64,000 bases of DNA from the NCBI GenBank assembly GCA_964036045.1, contig OZ038378.1, positions 59,148,001 to 59,212,000 on the forward strand. Direction: 5' to 3'. Position 1 is the stretch's first letter; every line of letters begins with the position of its first letter. Of this stretch, positions 1-12,030 are shown piece by piece. The notes beneath the pieces are model-generated. The model saw only the letters and a program-made list of their open reading frames with translations, searched no databases and was not told the DNA's origin. Source of the DNA: Eutreptiella sp. 'Long Island Sound 2002' (taxonomy: Eukaryota; Protista; Euglenida). The position numbers were made by a program, and so were the translations under genes.

Positions 1-112
1 ACATGACTGGAAGTTGAACTACATATAGATATACCATAAACCCAGGAGTAGAACCTGCATAATTGCCTTGGCTGATACCAACACCAAGTCTCAGATCGAA
101 CTGATTATCCAT

Positions 113-134
113 GTTGATGTTGTTGTTGTTGCGC

Positions 135-216
<82 letters not shown>

Positions 217-243
217 GGTTGTTGTTGTTGTTGTTGTTGTTGG

Positions 244-313
<70 letters not shown>

Positions 314-436
314 GCTGTTGATGTTGTTGTTGTTGTCGTTGTTGTTGTTGTCGTCGTTGTTGTTGTTGCCATTGTTGTCGTTCTTGTTTCTTGTTGTTGT
401 CGTTGTAGTTCTTGTTGTTGTTGTTGTTGTTGTTGT
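113..436. repeat. (GTT)n/(AAC)n trinucleotide microsatellite, about 105 units with variants
   Basis: Read directly; it explains the poly-V/L/Q/T ORFs at 68-497. Confidence 0.97.
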
Positions 437-1248
437 CATTGCGGTTACAGCCCGTTGTGCTGTCGCCAGAGCCGTTTGAAATAGACACAACCCGCATGAT
501 TGCGAAACACTACCCCGGATATAACACACTATCCCACCGCCACTACGAGCATTGTTGTCCATGTCCCTGTTCACTAACAATTTGGTCGCATTGTAAATCG
601 ACTACAGGAACTACGGGAAACACCACCGAGAACAACGATACGCGCATGGAAATAAAAGCGACCCTGAAAACATTAGTAATAATGGTTCCCTAATAGTTGT
701 GCATGGTAATGCACTAAAGATCCACATTTTGCAGCAACCCTTGTGCTCTGCATTTGCCTCGGCGTGGCACTCAATTTGCAGTTCCCTTTTAACATGGCAA
801 ATAAACCAAAAATGTTTCCCATGGGGACCCAACATAAAAATTGGATGGGTGTGCCTCCCGCCCTCTCGCCATATTATTTGCCTATAGCCATAGCTTTTGC
901 TTCCAACGTGTGTGGTCCAGCAATAGGTTGGGAAAATGTTGTTCATTTCGTTGGGAGTGGGGAGGAGGCTTCATGCACGCTAACGGGCAGCCAACGACTT
1001 AGATTGTCATGAAACGTTTACAAACAGCTCTTTGTGAGCAATTTTGCTACACTGTCCACCTGCTGGCTGCATTATTTGAAAATCCACTTCATACCTCTTG
1101 CATTATTTTGATAGTTGGTGAGGTCTGTTAGCGGCTTTTTGATAGCTTTCAACATTTTATGGCTTTCCACCTGTTTGCACTCCTACATTGGTGATCATGG
1201 GTGCATAAAACGACCGCCAACCCCCTTTTGGGCCACTTCTGACCCCTA

Positions 1249-2100
1249 GGCTGGTTTTATTCACCGGAGGGTGGTTTTCTCCCCCCTTTGTGGGGGGGGG
1301 GGGGGTTGATCCCCTCAAAGGGGTGGCTGTATCCCCGCAAAACGGCGGTTTCTTCCCACCCAATGGGTAGTTTATCCCCCATTGGCTCATTTGGGGAAAA
1401 AAGGGGGGGGTATCACCCCTTTTGGGTGGTTTTATCCCCCCTTTGTGGTGATTGTATTCCCCCATGGGACGGAGAGGGGGAGGTTGTCACCCTCTGAAGG
1501 GCGGAGGGGTATGGCCCATCAGTATGTTGACCTAGAACCACAGTCCTGGAAAGCAAGTTGCCTTAGGTTTATATGTTGTGTTGTAAAAAGAACACCCTTG
1601 GGGATGGGGGCGGGGGCTTCCCCCATTTCCATTTCCGATGTGGAGGTGAAAAAGTCAGCACGTCAGGGAACTACATATGGTTTCACACTCAGTATTTTGC
1701 TTCACATTGCTCTTTGTTGTGTGTTATAAGATGTTTGACCTGCCTTGGGACAATTTTGAAAATGGCGTCTGAGATGGGATTTCAGACATGGTTTGGGTTT
1801 GCTATTCATCCAGTTCGACATGCATTGCTTTCGTGGCAGCATTGCTCAGACTGCTTTTGTTTGCTGTGTTGTGTCATTTGTTGCTTTGGGGGCATAAAAA
1901 CACCCTGAGCTGGTTTTTTCATCCCGAAGGGGGTGGTTTCAACAGAGAGGGTGGTTTCTCCAAAGAGGTGGTGGTATCCCCCCAAAGGGGTGGTTTTATC
2001 CCCAAAAGGGGTGGCTTTATCCCCCTTAAAAGTGGGCATAAAAGCACCCGGGGTAGTTTTAAGGGTGGTTTTATCCCGCATTTGGGGGTAGTTTTATGCC
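1249..2100. repeat. Two clusters (about 1249-1445 and 1918-2100) of the degenerate motif GGGTGGTTTTATCCCC
   Basis: More than 10 degenerate copies, e.g. gggtggttttatccccc, ggggtggttttatcccc, gggtggctttatccccc. Confidence 0.7.
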
Positions 2101-3909
2101 CAGGACCACCTACACGGGAACGTGGTGTTGCCATTATGGGCTTCTGTGCCTAGGCATTGCATACACAGTGAGTATCATGTGTCCTCAGAGCGGTCCACTT
2201 CTATGAGCAAAATAATCTTGTAAGCCCATCCGCTTAGACTCTAAGGCCAGAAAAAGGCCAAAAAAAAATGGACAGCAGTTGTGGTTTTTAGTCACAACCT
2301 CCCATGAGTCTTCTTTCCAGGTGGGGTCCCAGATTGTTGTCATCCCTACAACCCCTGTACCTTGAACAAGGCATTGCTTGGAGAGGGGGCAGGGGTCTTG
2401 ACGGCACAGCACTCTGTGACGCTCTGTGGCCTCGACAGGGAGTGCTGTGCCTGGCCTGTGTATGTGCGGCAGCAGTAGTGTAGTTGCTGGGGGGGTTGAT
2501 CTGTGATTTGCATACCTCAGATTCAGGGGCATGAGGTAAGGAATGTTTGGGGCAGATTGGCCCTTTGCTTAGCATGTTGCCCGTGTGCAGGGCAGGGCGC
2601 AAACAGAGCAGAAACTGCAGCGGGGAGCAGCGATGATTGTGACATCAGGGAAAACATGGCACAGGTTTGTGTCATGTGTCCGATAACGGGCAACTCCTGT
2701 TCGAATAGTCCATAAACCGTTGCAGAATGGTATGGCTCATTTTCAGTGACACGCATTGATTTGGCTCTAAATCTGATGTGTCCACATCTCGGTATTGAGT
2801 GAATGCATTTTGCTGACATGCAACTTCATTGCCCCACAGGGGTCGACTGCCTCTTAGAAGGAAGGGCTCAACTCCGGCAGTCATCATGCCATCCGGCGCT
2901 GCAGCAGGCGCAAAACGGTGTGAAGAAACCAACTTGGCTCTGCATGGCAGTCAATGGGGAGCAACCAGGTCTGCGTGCACGACACATCCCTCTGCTCTGG
3001 GACCTGCCAGGCAGTATGCACCTGCCACCCTTCAATAGGGAGTATCTGAAAGGGAATTGTTGTCATTGGCACTTCTGCCGCGTTGCCCACAGAAAAAAGA
3101 TCGAAACGCAAGGTGGTCCTCATGCCTCGATCGACGTCTGTACTCAAACTTTTCAGCACCAAGGCCGCGGTACAATGGCCCAGCGGTTGTCAATCAGTGA
3201 CGAATGAAACACACCCACGCGGCTGGGAAAAACCGCAGTCTGCCCCTTGCGCCCCAGCACGACGGATCACACCCCCATAGAGGACACCTTTGGCCATTAG
3301 ACGCCACACTGTGGCATGGGTTGCCATGCAATCCAGTGCCCTGGCATGCCTTGACTAGTGCTAGTGACAGCAAACCCAAACACATTGCAGCCCCCTGTTG
3401 GCGGCAAAAGACCCATCCCTCGATGTAGCCTGAGTCCCCCATTTGGGGGGGCAGTCGGTCGCCAAGGCAACAAGCGCACCCCCTTTGCAGAGGCACGGGA
3501 AATCAGACCCTCTGCCTTTGCAGAGACTGTCCTGAGCAGTACACAATGGCATGCACAGAGGCGTTTCCTGGCCCCAAGTTGAAGCCTTGGTTGTGTAGGA
3601 GGAAGGCGGTGCGTGCAGCAGCAGACCATCCCTGGTATGGGTGCCTTGGGTCCGGCCGCCGGCAGCATACCAGGCAAAACACAGATGCTGCCACGCCCCC
3701 TCTTCTGCCACCACGCAGGCAGCCTAACCAGGAACATTAACAGAAAAGCCGCTTCCGAGACATGGCCCTGCAGGCGTCCCAGCGAACACAAAAACATGCT
3801 CAATGATTCCCAAAACAGTAGCACTGGCCTGGGATGCGGAAACCCTCTCTCTGCCGTCTTCAGGGTATCCAAGCGCAACCCCTTTGAGAATGGCAGCAGC
3901 CAGGGCCTT

Positions 3910-4300
3910 TTACTCATCGTGCTTTGCCTTCTTCTTCTTCTTCTTCTTTTCGCCGGCTGCAGCTGTCGGTGCAGGTGCTGGGGCAGGCTTTGGCTCTGGC
4001 TTCCCCTTCTCCTTCTTCGGCTCTGGCTTCGGCTGTTCCTTTGGCTGAGCTTTTTTCACGGGTGCTGATGCCACTGGCTGCTTTGGGGGAGGCTTCTCAG
4101 TTTGCTTGTGCTTCTTCTTGGGCGGCATCGGTGGCTCCTCCTCCTCCTCCTCCTCCTCCTCCTCCTCCTCCTCCTCCTCCTCCTCCATTTCCTCGTCCAT
4201 TTCCTCCTCCTCTGCTTCCTCCTCCTCCTCCTCCTCCTCCTCTCCGTCCAAATCAGGGGCGCCATCATCCGTTGGGATGTCGTCTGAGACCTCATAGTAC
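3910..4300 (-). CDS. Exon 2 (last coding exon) of a nucleoplasmin-like acidic histone chaperone: poly-Glu tract, Pro/Lys-rich region, basic tail ending KKKKKKKAKHDE*
   Basis: Acceptor ctgcag at 4302-4301 is followed by G TAC TAT GAG. Joined to exon 1 it gives VHLTGYYE, the conserved NPL C-terminal strand. TAA at 3912-3910. Confidence 0.88.
4135..4243. repeat. (TCC)n/(GAG)n coding microsatellite encoding the acidic tract
   Basis: Read directly; it lies in frame within exon 2. Confidence 0.9.
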
Positions 4301-4418
4301 CTGCAGTCAAATGAGACATTGGCTGAGGAGGCTGGGTGGGACCAGGGGGTTAGGATGGGTCTGGCATGATAGGGCTGGATTGGGTGGATGGGGCTGCGTA
4401 AGGCTGGTAAAGCACAAC

Positions 4419-6980
4419 CCCCCCCCCCCCCCCCTATTGACCAAGCAACCGTAAATGACCAGAAATTGACGGAACCAACGCCTAGTGTTGCTTGGACAAG
4501 GGTGTTGCTTACGCGCCGCAACTTGCGTGAACACGTGATGCACCGTTGATTTTGGCGGTGCGTTTTTTAATTCGTTCTACTGTGTGCCATGTGTGCTTCC
4601 TGATACCTTGGTTTTGAGAAGCACGTTGTTCATATTTTGTGTCAAGGCAGCTCTGTTGGCCAAGAGGGAATTTGTAGCGTGTTTTACCTCTTGGTTATCA
4701 GAATAGTACCCTGGTGTTGCTTGGACATAGGTGTTGCTTGGACATAGGCGTTGCTTGGCCAAAGAACAGTGGAAAGTTCAGCGATAGGTCCCCACCGACA
4801 GACCTACGCCCTCACTCATCAAGTATCACGCGGCGGAGCCGCGGCACACATTGTCCCATCTGTCCAGCAAGGCACCGTTAGGCGCCGTCACACATAGTTC
4901 AAAGCAGTCCAAGAGCGCCACTGGCGCCCTCTCTCGCTGGTTACGTTCTGGCCTCTTTACCCGACCCCCCCTCCCTTCGGCGCCTCTTTCTACTGTCACT
5001 GACATCCGTACTAAACTCGTCACTGTCACTCCCCATGGCCCTGCCCAACCGCGTATCACTGACGTCAGTACTGTATTGCTCCTCTCCGTCTGAGCCACAC
5101 AGGGACTCCCCAATTTCCAATGACGAGGAGCTTCTCGTGTCACTACTGGACCCCCCCCCCCCCTGAGTCCACCTCTGGACCCGCTTCCAGGTCTGACGTC
5201 TCTGATGGGCACCAGGCCCAGGGCATCCCACTCCGTTACTCGACGTCTCTTGGACAGGGGTAGCGGGTTATTCGGGTGCAGCTCCCTGCCCTTCCCTGCC
5301 AGTTCGTCTGCCGCCTCGTTACCCTCCACATCGAGGTGGGACGGCACCCACCGGACTTGCAGCTGTTCCCCCCCCATCCGTCGCAGCAGGTCAATTTGCT
5401 CCCATAAATCTCGATGTCCGACCTCCCCCGTGGACGTCCTCCACACGTGTCTCTTCCATTTTTCCATCCAGATTGTGATACCTTTGAACACATATTCTGA
5501 ATCCAAGACGATCACCATGTGTTCCCCCACCGCCCGGCTGAACATCGCGTGCAGGACCCCCCGCAGCTCCCCCCTGCTGATGCTCTGACGCTCATGGGCC
5601 GGCACATGCGCTGAAAAATTGCGGGTGTTGTGCGGCCCATGCCACACGCCATAGCCCACTTGCATCCAGCCCCGCACGCGTTTCGCTGGGCCATCCGTAT
5701 ACACCACCACCCACCCTTCCTGTCCCATGCGTTCCAGCTCGAGCAGGAGAGTTTTCTTGTGTTCTCCCCACTTCAACTCCTTTTTCTGCAATGTCCCCGG
5801 CTGCGTCGCCGGCGTTCGTGCCGTCGTGGGAGCCCCGGGCGTCCTGTGAAACATCACCCTGGACTCTCCCCAGGCCTGCAACTGCACAATCAGGTGCTGC
5901 AAGTCGGCCCGGTTGCAGGACATGTGGCGCTCACTGCGCCAGCTCTCCAGGCCCGCCCCCCACAGCACCACAAAGTCATGCAGCGACACCTGCTGCCGTT
6001 GGTACTTCACTTCACACCGTAACCGCCACTGCGCCCGCAACCCCGCCCCAGGGCCAGCCCCTGCGTGGTTTGCATCGACAGCAGGGGAGCGTCCAGCAAC
6101 AGTCTGCTCGGTTCCATTGACCCCCCCTCCCATGACACTAGGCCGAAGGCCTTCCGGACCGTGTCAAACATGAACCCCGAGAAAAAGCATCGCTTCAACA
6201 CGTGCTGGTGATCTTCCACCCGCCCATCCAGCGGGCACATCTTTCCTCCCATGCGCTCCTGCCGTACTCCCACGGGTAATTTGCGCCACAGGACACGTTT
6301 GATAAAGTCCATATCCCATTTGGGCAGGAACAGGTTGTTGTATACACGCCACACTTCTGGTGGCTGTCGCGCCTTTGGGCGCTTGCGCTGTTGCAGAAAA
6401 AGCAGCATGCGCTGTTTGGTCCACTGCACACCCCACTGGTCTAGCGGCGGGGACAACGGTGGCTCAAATCCCTCTCGATACATCGATGCCACAGACTTTG
6501 CTGCCGCTGCGTACACTGTCCGCCAGGTTGGTGCCAATTTTTCCTGAAAGGACTCTGGTATTTTCCGCCCATCTACCAAATCCACCCACCGTAACACTCC
6601 TTTTTTCAGCAGCGCTGGTGACACGTACGTCAGCCACAGGGAGTTGCGAAAAAGCACTGAATGCCATACCGGCAGGTTCGGGAGGTCGTGCAGGGGGGGG
6701 GGGGGTCACCCCCCCCCTCTCCGCGCCACTGAATAGCACTTGAGACTCCCCTAGAGAAAGGACGGCTTGGTTAGCGGGAGGTAAGGCAAGAAGACAGGGT
6801 CGAGGACCAGTCCCACCCCGCCTGCCCAACGCCGGAATGGCGCAGCGTGCAGCTCTGACACTGGCGCCGGGCGCACCACTGACTGCACAAACGCCTGGCT
6901 GTGCACCCACTGCGTGTACGCGCCCAGGCCCGCCTGCCCAAAACCCCCTTCCGTTGCTTGGACAAAGGGGGGGGGGGGGG
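4419..6980. mobile_element. Possible MITE-like element defined by inverted ends (C-tract + TTGACCAAGCAAC ... GTTGCTTGGACAAA + G-tract), interrupted by the L1-like fragment
   Basis: 4419-4451 and about 6951-6980 are imperfect reverse complements; GTTGCTTGGNCA also recurs at 4486-4512 and 4714-4762. No TSD identified. Confidence 0.35.
4826..6657 (-). mobile_element. 5'-truncated L1/Tx1-like non-LTR retrotransposon fragment: zf-RVT followed by a cellular-type RNase HI domain, frameshifted
   Basis: 6657-6007 has WRKLPVG..CPLDGRVEDHQHVLKRC. 6133-4826 has VYTDG, SRGELRG, LDSEY, WMEKWKRHVWRT, WVPSH..GNEAADELA (complete D-E-D-H-D set). Confidence 0.85.
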
Positions 6981-7559
6981 ATTGTTGGCTGGTTTTGGGT
7001 GCTGCTGCTGACTGCCCTGACCTCCTGTCACTGATCCGCCCTTATGGAGCCCCATTTAGCCCTATCAGGCCCTATCCGGCCCTATCCAACCCGATCGAAC
7101 GGCCTGATTCAGCCTTGTGCAGCCTCCTCTAGCCCTGCACCCTTCCACGTCTGTGGTGTGCAGCGGTCCGCCCCGTCTGCAGCAGTTTGTAAGATGTGTG
7201 TTGCCGCTGCAAAGCTGTTGAAGTTTGCATCCTCCTCCTTGTGACTGGCGAGTCACGGATCATGTGCCGCGGACACAATCTGTCGCCAGATCAACTTTCT
7301 TTTGTTCCTTGTCTGAAAGTAACCCCTTCCTCCTTGCCCTTAGATGAGAAAAATGCATCAAAAGCATGGTCCAACGGGATGCCCCTCTCTGGACAATCCG
7401 GTGTCTGTGCCCAATGTGCGCAGTGTTGTGTCCTGCCGAAGGCCCTTGAATGAAGACCCGAACCGAGCCCTATCCCACCTTATCCAAACCCATCCCTTCC
7501 ACCCAGCATGGGTTGGTAGAGGTTGTGCCTATGTCCAGCACACCCCAGCTCCAACCCAT

Positions 7560-8360
7560 GCGCACCCCACGAGCACGTGTGTGTGCCATGCATCCGGGTA
7601 CTTGTGCTACTTGGGTGTGTACAGGCATTTATTTTGGGGTGTTGGGCACATGAGCAAGTTTGCTCATGGGATGCGAATGTGTTGGTGGTTGGGGTATTCT
7701 ACATGGGTTTGTCTTGTTCTATTATGTGGTGTTGGTGTTCATGGTACATGGGCATGTGTGCTGCTACGGTGTGCATGGGTGCGTGCTAGACCGCACACAG
7801 CAAACAAGGGTGTGTTTTGGGTTGTGGTGGCACATGGGTATGTGTTAACCACCACAATGCCCATCACGATCCCGTAAACAGATGAACGGTCAAGAAACAT
7901 TCATGGCCCGTAGGCTGTGCTCAACATCATTTGTCACAATACTATTCCTTGATGCATTCGGGAGACATCCATTGATAGATTGTGGCTGAACTCGACTATT
8001 TCAATTGATTGACCATGGCCCTGGAGACAGTGAAAGGAGGCACACACATGCAGTCTTACAGGGTTACTGCAACCACAGGGGTGTGTTCATGGGTGCGCTG
8101 GGCTCATGGCAATATTGGTTGGGTGTGCATGGGTGTATGTTGATGTGTTCTTGGCACATGGGCACGTGTGCTGGTGGGGTGTGCGGGGTGGGTGCTACGG
8201 TGCAATGCACAAACAGGTGTGTTTTTGAGTGTGTTGTGCACATGGGTATGTGCTGCTGAGGTGTGCATGGATGTGTGCTCTGGTGTGCATGATACATGCG
8301 CATGTGTCCTCATGGAGTGTGCATGGGTGTGTGCTGGGGTGTTGCCTGGCACACACCCAT
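7560..8360. repeat. Degenerate GTGTGCATGGG/GCACATGGG low-complexity repeat in two related blocks (about 7560-7850 and 8075-8360)
   Basis: Repeated gtgcatgggt, ggcacatgggtatgtg and acaaacaaggtgtgtttt motifs in both blocks. Confidence 0.65.
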
Positions 8361-8723
8361 GCACTGCATTGGGGAGCGTCACTTGGTTCACCACCCAATG
8401 TGGTAGCTGGCCCCAAAGCAAGTGATCTTGGGGCTGTTCTTTCATTCTGCCCCAGCTTTCACAGGTCTGCATATACGGGACCTTGGCCCACATGAATCCG
8501 TTGCCACTGCCATAAGTGTGTGCACTCCCAATCCTGCACCACGGGTATCCCTTGGTGTATTGGTAGCATATTGGTAGCCCACCTCACACATCAGGGTTGT
8601 GCAGCCAGTTTGCTTTGGTCCTGGGGGGGGGGGGCACACGGCTGGGTACCACCTACTACGGAGTTGTTGCTCAGTGGTTCAGGATGTGCGTTGTACGTGT
8701 CAATATCCACAAGGGCACACAAT

Positions 8724-8880
8724 GGTGTGGTGTGGCGTGCTGGGGTGGGGTGGGGTGGGGAGGGGTGGCGCTTGGTGTGGTGGTGTGGTGGGGTGGGGTG
8801 GGGTGTGGTGGGGTGTGGTGGTGTGGTGTGCCGAAGGCGCTATTACCAAAAAGCAATGGCCAGGATGTCTTGCACATGGG
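8724..8880 (-). mobile_element. Old 3'-end remnant of the (ACACC)n-tailed LINE family: degenerate GGTGT tail plus terminal motif
   Basis: ggtgtggtgtgccgaaggcgctattaccaaaaagcaatggccaggatgtct aligns with ggtgtgccgaaggcgctgttaccaaagggcaaaaggccgggatgtct at 25158-25204. Confidence 0.7.
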
Positions 8881-8989
8881 AAAGTGCAAAATGGGTGCGC
8901 CCTGATCCTTCACCCTCAAATCAGACCGTAAGCCCTGTGCACCCGCGGTGGGACCCAGGGCCCCCATTTGAGCTGGGCGGCATATTAGT

Positions 8990-10100
8990 TCAAGGTCCCG
9001 CCAAGGCTAACCCCAAGGCCGCCATCAACATCATGGTGACCCATCCCACTAAATTACGGACATCAATTTGAGAGTGGACGCCGCCACACAAGATGAGCTA
9101 CAGGCGGACCTCATGTGTGTGCTCCGCCGTCCCTATTCTTTGAGGACCACTCTGAACTAGCCCTGCAGGACACAGTCCCGGGGCGAGAGTAGTACAAACA
9201 CCAATGGGGATTAACTACTTGCGCGACCTGGGGCTGCCCTTGGAGTGGTTCACGAGTGATCAGCAAAAGCTTCTCACAGCCCACCACATGCGCAACCGCC
9301 CCAACATGGCAGTGTTGTCAAAGCGCTCGGAGTATAGGAATGTACAATGTTGTGTTGTGCTTGTTGTGCAGCACCGGAGTCGGTGTAGCATATCTAGGAG
9401 TGCAAAGTGCGGCCCCATGAATGGAGGCCATACCAGCAGCGCCTCCACAAGGATGTCCCATGTGGGGCCGTTGGCAGCACCACTGCAACAGCCGTGGGAC
9501 CCGGCAGTCCTCAAGTAGTGGGCAAAAGCTGTGGCCAAGCATGACAACAAGGTGTGGTGACGGGGACACCCATTCCCAATACCGTTGAGCGGGCTACCCT
9601 CGGTGCCAAACCAATGTAGGGCCTTCAGTGCCACACTGTCGTAGTGCTCAGAGTGTGGATACCCGTTGATCCTCCTGCAAGCACGCATGCAGGATGGGCC
9701 TCCACTTGAACCTGCCAGTGTGTAGCCTACAAATGGTGGTGGACCATATGGGCTTAGCCATATGCCTCCCAAGCCACTACCGAGGAACCACCCAGGTCCT
9801 CGGATGGTGGGCCCAACAGCGGAGAGGGTAGGTGCCAGTGGATGTACCCCACAGATCATTGCACCTCGCAACCCGTACAGGGATGTAGCCCATGTCGAGC
9901 TACCCCTAGTCGTCTATGCAACCACTTGGGCAGTGAGATATCACCACCTAGGCAATTTCATTGCCTCGGATGGCACACTGCGCAGCGAGCACGACCTGCC
10001 CACACGGGCTACCAAGGGGAGAGCAGTGTCCATGATGCGGGAATGGCTCAATGGGCAACGTGCACATGTCCATCTCCTGGTGGCGTGGTCCCCTCCCTAG
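8990..10100 (+). pseudogene. Decayed fragments of the same LINE family: RNase H end and C-terminus (about 8990-9540), then post-RT linker (about 9640-10100)
   Basis: ITDINLRVDAAT..LRRPYS matches ITDLNVRVDAAT..LRRPYS; GLPLEWFTSDQQKLLTAH matches GLPLDWFDHDQQRHITAH; RYHHLGNF..MREWL matches GYHHLGDL..LRAWL of the 25331-30915 ORF. Confidence 0.8.
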
Positions 10101-10177
10101 TGGCAGCAAGCCCCCCAATCTTGGTTACCGGGCAAGATGTAAGGCACGTTGGCCATCGGGGGCTGCGAGGCCAAGAT

Positions 10178-10430
10178 CTTAGGAGGCCCATAGTGCCCCC
10201 TATCGTTTTTTCAAAAAAAAATTGATGTTGTGCACAGAGCCTAGCCTCTCTGCTGCATAGCCAAGCGTAATGGAGGGGTTGTTCCCAGCCAAGGTGTATG
10301 GGGAGGAGCAGTGAAGCGCGATTTAGGGGTGCGAAGCAGCAAAAAAGTAGCATTTTGTGCCCCCACAGCATATGAGCACAGCCACTGTTTTTTCCCATTT
10401 TGGAGGTATCAAAAACGGAAAATGGACCAG
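10178..10430 (+). repeat. Dispersed repeat of about 250-280 bp, copy 1 (SINE- or MITE-like; copy 2 at about 36974-37250)
   Basis: Both begin cttaggaggccca(t/c)agtgccccctatc..ttttcaaaaaaaaa..ttgtgc(a/g)cagagcc and share downstream blocks. Confidence 0.65.
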
Positions 10431-11204
10431 CACCACCGTAAAACTATGTTTCGCGTTCTGATATGACAAGTGGAGCACGTATTTGTCAACGGCACGTGGC
10501 GCGGTCGTCTTAGCAATCGCCATATTGTGACGCCAATGATGACCATACATCGACCGCCTATGAAGAAGGTGTACCCCAGAACAACAAATAACAGCACATG
10601 TGTGAAAGGAGGATGCAAACAAGCATTTTCGATAGGCTGGGCTCTGCAGAGGCCAGAACAAGGAAATTCACCAAAAACTAGGGTAATGTTACAGGGTTAT
10701 ATACCAACACAACAATGTATAGGCAAACGGGTAGTAGCAGGGCCTAAAGTAGGGAATTTCTATTGGTTGGGCTCCGCAAAGCCCAAATCAATAGAAACAA
10801 CAGAAAGCACCTCTGAAATACGATCATGATAAACACGCCGGACCACCGGTGTTGTAATGGATACCATAAGCGGCGCAGTGTATGCTCTTGCCCCCCCCCC
10901 CCCCCCCCCCCGAAATTGCCTTCACACTAATGCATTTAGCCAACCTTCTGGCCAGCTTGTGAATGTGAATGCGAATGGACTTGCGTGCAGATTTCGTGCG
11001 GATTTTGTGCGAAATTCCATGACTTACCATGAGACAACACACAAGACTTGCACAGTAGGCAACACAAGAGACACCACTTGCCGATATTGCCTCAGCTAAC
11101 GCCGCCTCTCCTAGGCGCCAAATACTTCTTGCAAAGTCTTGGCATAGGCTAGGTCACAAAGTGCCCTTCGGCGTGCTCGAGCAATAAGTAGTTGCACACC
11201 TACC

Positions 11205-12030
11205 ACCCCCCCCCCGTGTCAATGGCCCGGGCCATGTTTCTTCTTTCGAGGGGGGGGGGGGGGCTTTGGTAAGGGGGGCCATGTTTCTTCTTTCGAAGAG
11301 GGGGGTCCATTGACACACGCACGGGGGGTCCAGTGACTCAAATTCTCTCCTAAAAAATCCCAAAAAATTCTTTGTGTATGCATTTTCTAGCTTGTGCCAT
11401 CGGTGTAAGTGTGGTGGGGAGCCATGCTTGGTACCTCTTGCATCTTTGTGGTGGCTGTGGAGCTCACGTAAGCCACCTCTTGCAATTTTTTCACGCTTTT
11501 ACACCATTTTTCTTGTGGTGCTCAAAATTTGTTTCCCATGCCTTTCCTTCTTGGCACATGCAAGCACACAACAGCAAATACAAAGAAAATGTGTTGTGTC
11601 TGTGTTGTGTTTGTGTCTATGTTTGTATCTGTGTATTTAGGACTGCAACAATCAAAAGACCCAAACTAGCCCCTTTAGCTGCTTTGGGGCACAGCACCAG
11701 GCAAATTCTAATACTTAGGACTGCAACAATCAAAAGACCCGCACTAGCCCCTTTATCTGCTTTGGGGCGCAACAATAGTCAAATTCTGTGAGAGCAAAGC
11801 AAGGTGGAGAATTAGGCATGAGACACACAATGTCACACCCAGGCTAGGCAAAACGGCGAAACTAGGCAAAAAAGGGCAATTCATGTGCGATTTGGTGAAA
11901 AAATCTGAGAGTGGGGCCATGTTTCTTCTTTCGAGAGGAGGGGTCCATTAGCAAGGGGGGCCATGTTTCTTCTTTCGAGAGGGGGGGGGGGGCATTGGCA
12001 TGGGGGGTCCATTGGCATGGGGGGGGGGGG
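11205..12030. repeat. Composite repeat: GGCCATGTTTCTTCTTTCGA pairs at about 11231-11296 and 11915-11978 around a duplicated AGGACTGCAACAATCAAAAGACCC unit
   Basis: Four copies of the 20-mer; two copies of a unit of about 50 bp at about 11639 and 11717. Confidence 0.6.

Noticed and set aside
68-497. Poly-V/L/Q/T ORFs
   Set aside because: They are translations of the (GTT)n microsatellite.
3358-3880. Possible RT remnant (EIRPSAFAETV)
   Set aside because: A single weak motif with no supporting downstream RT motifs.
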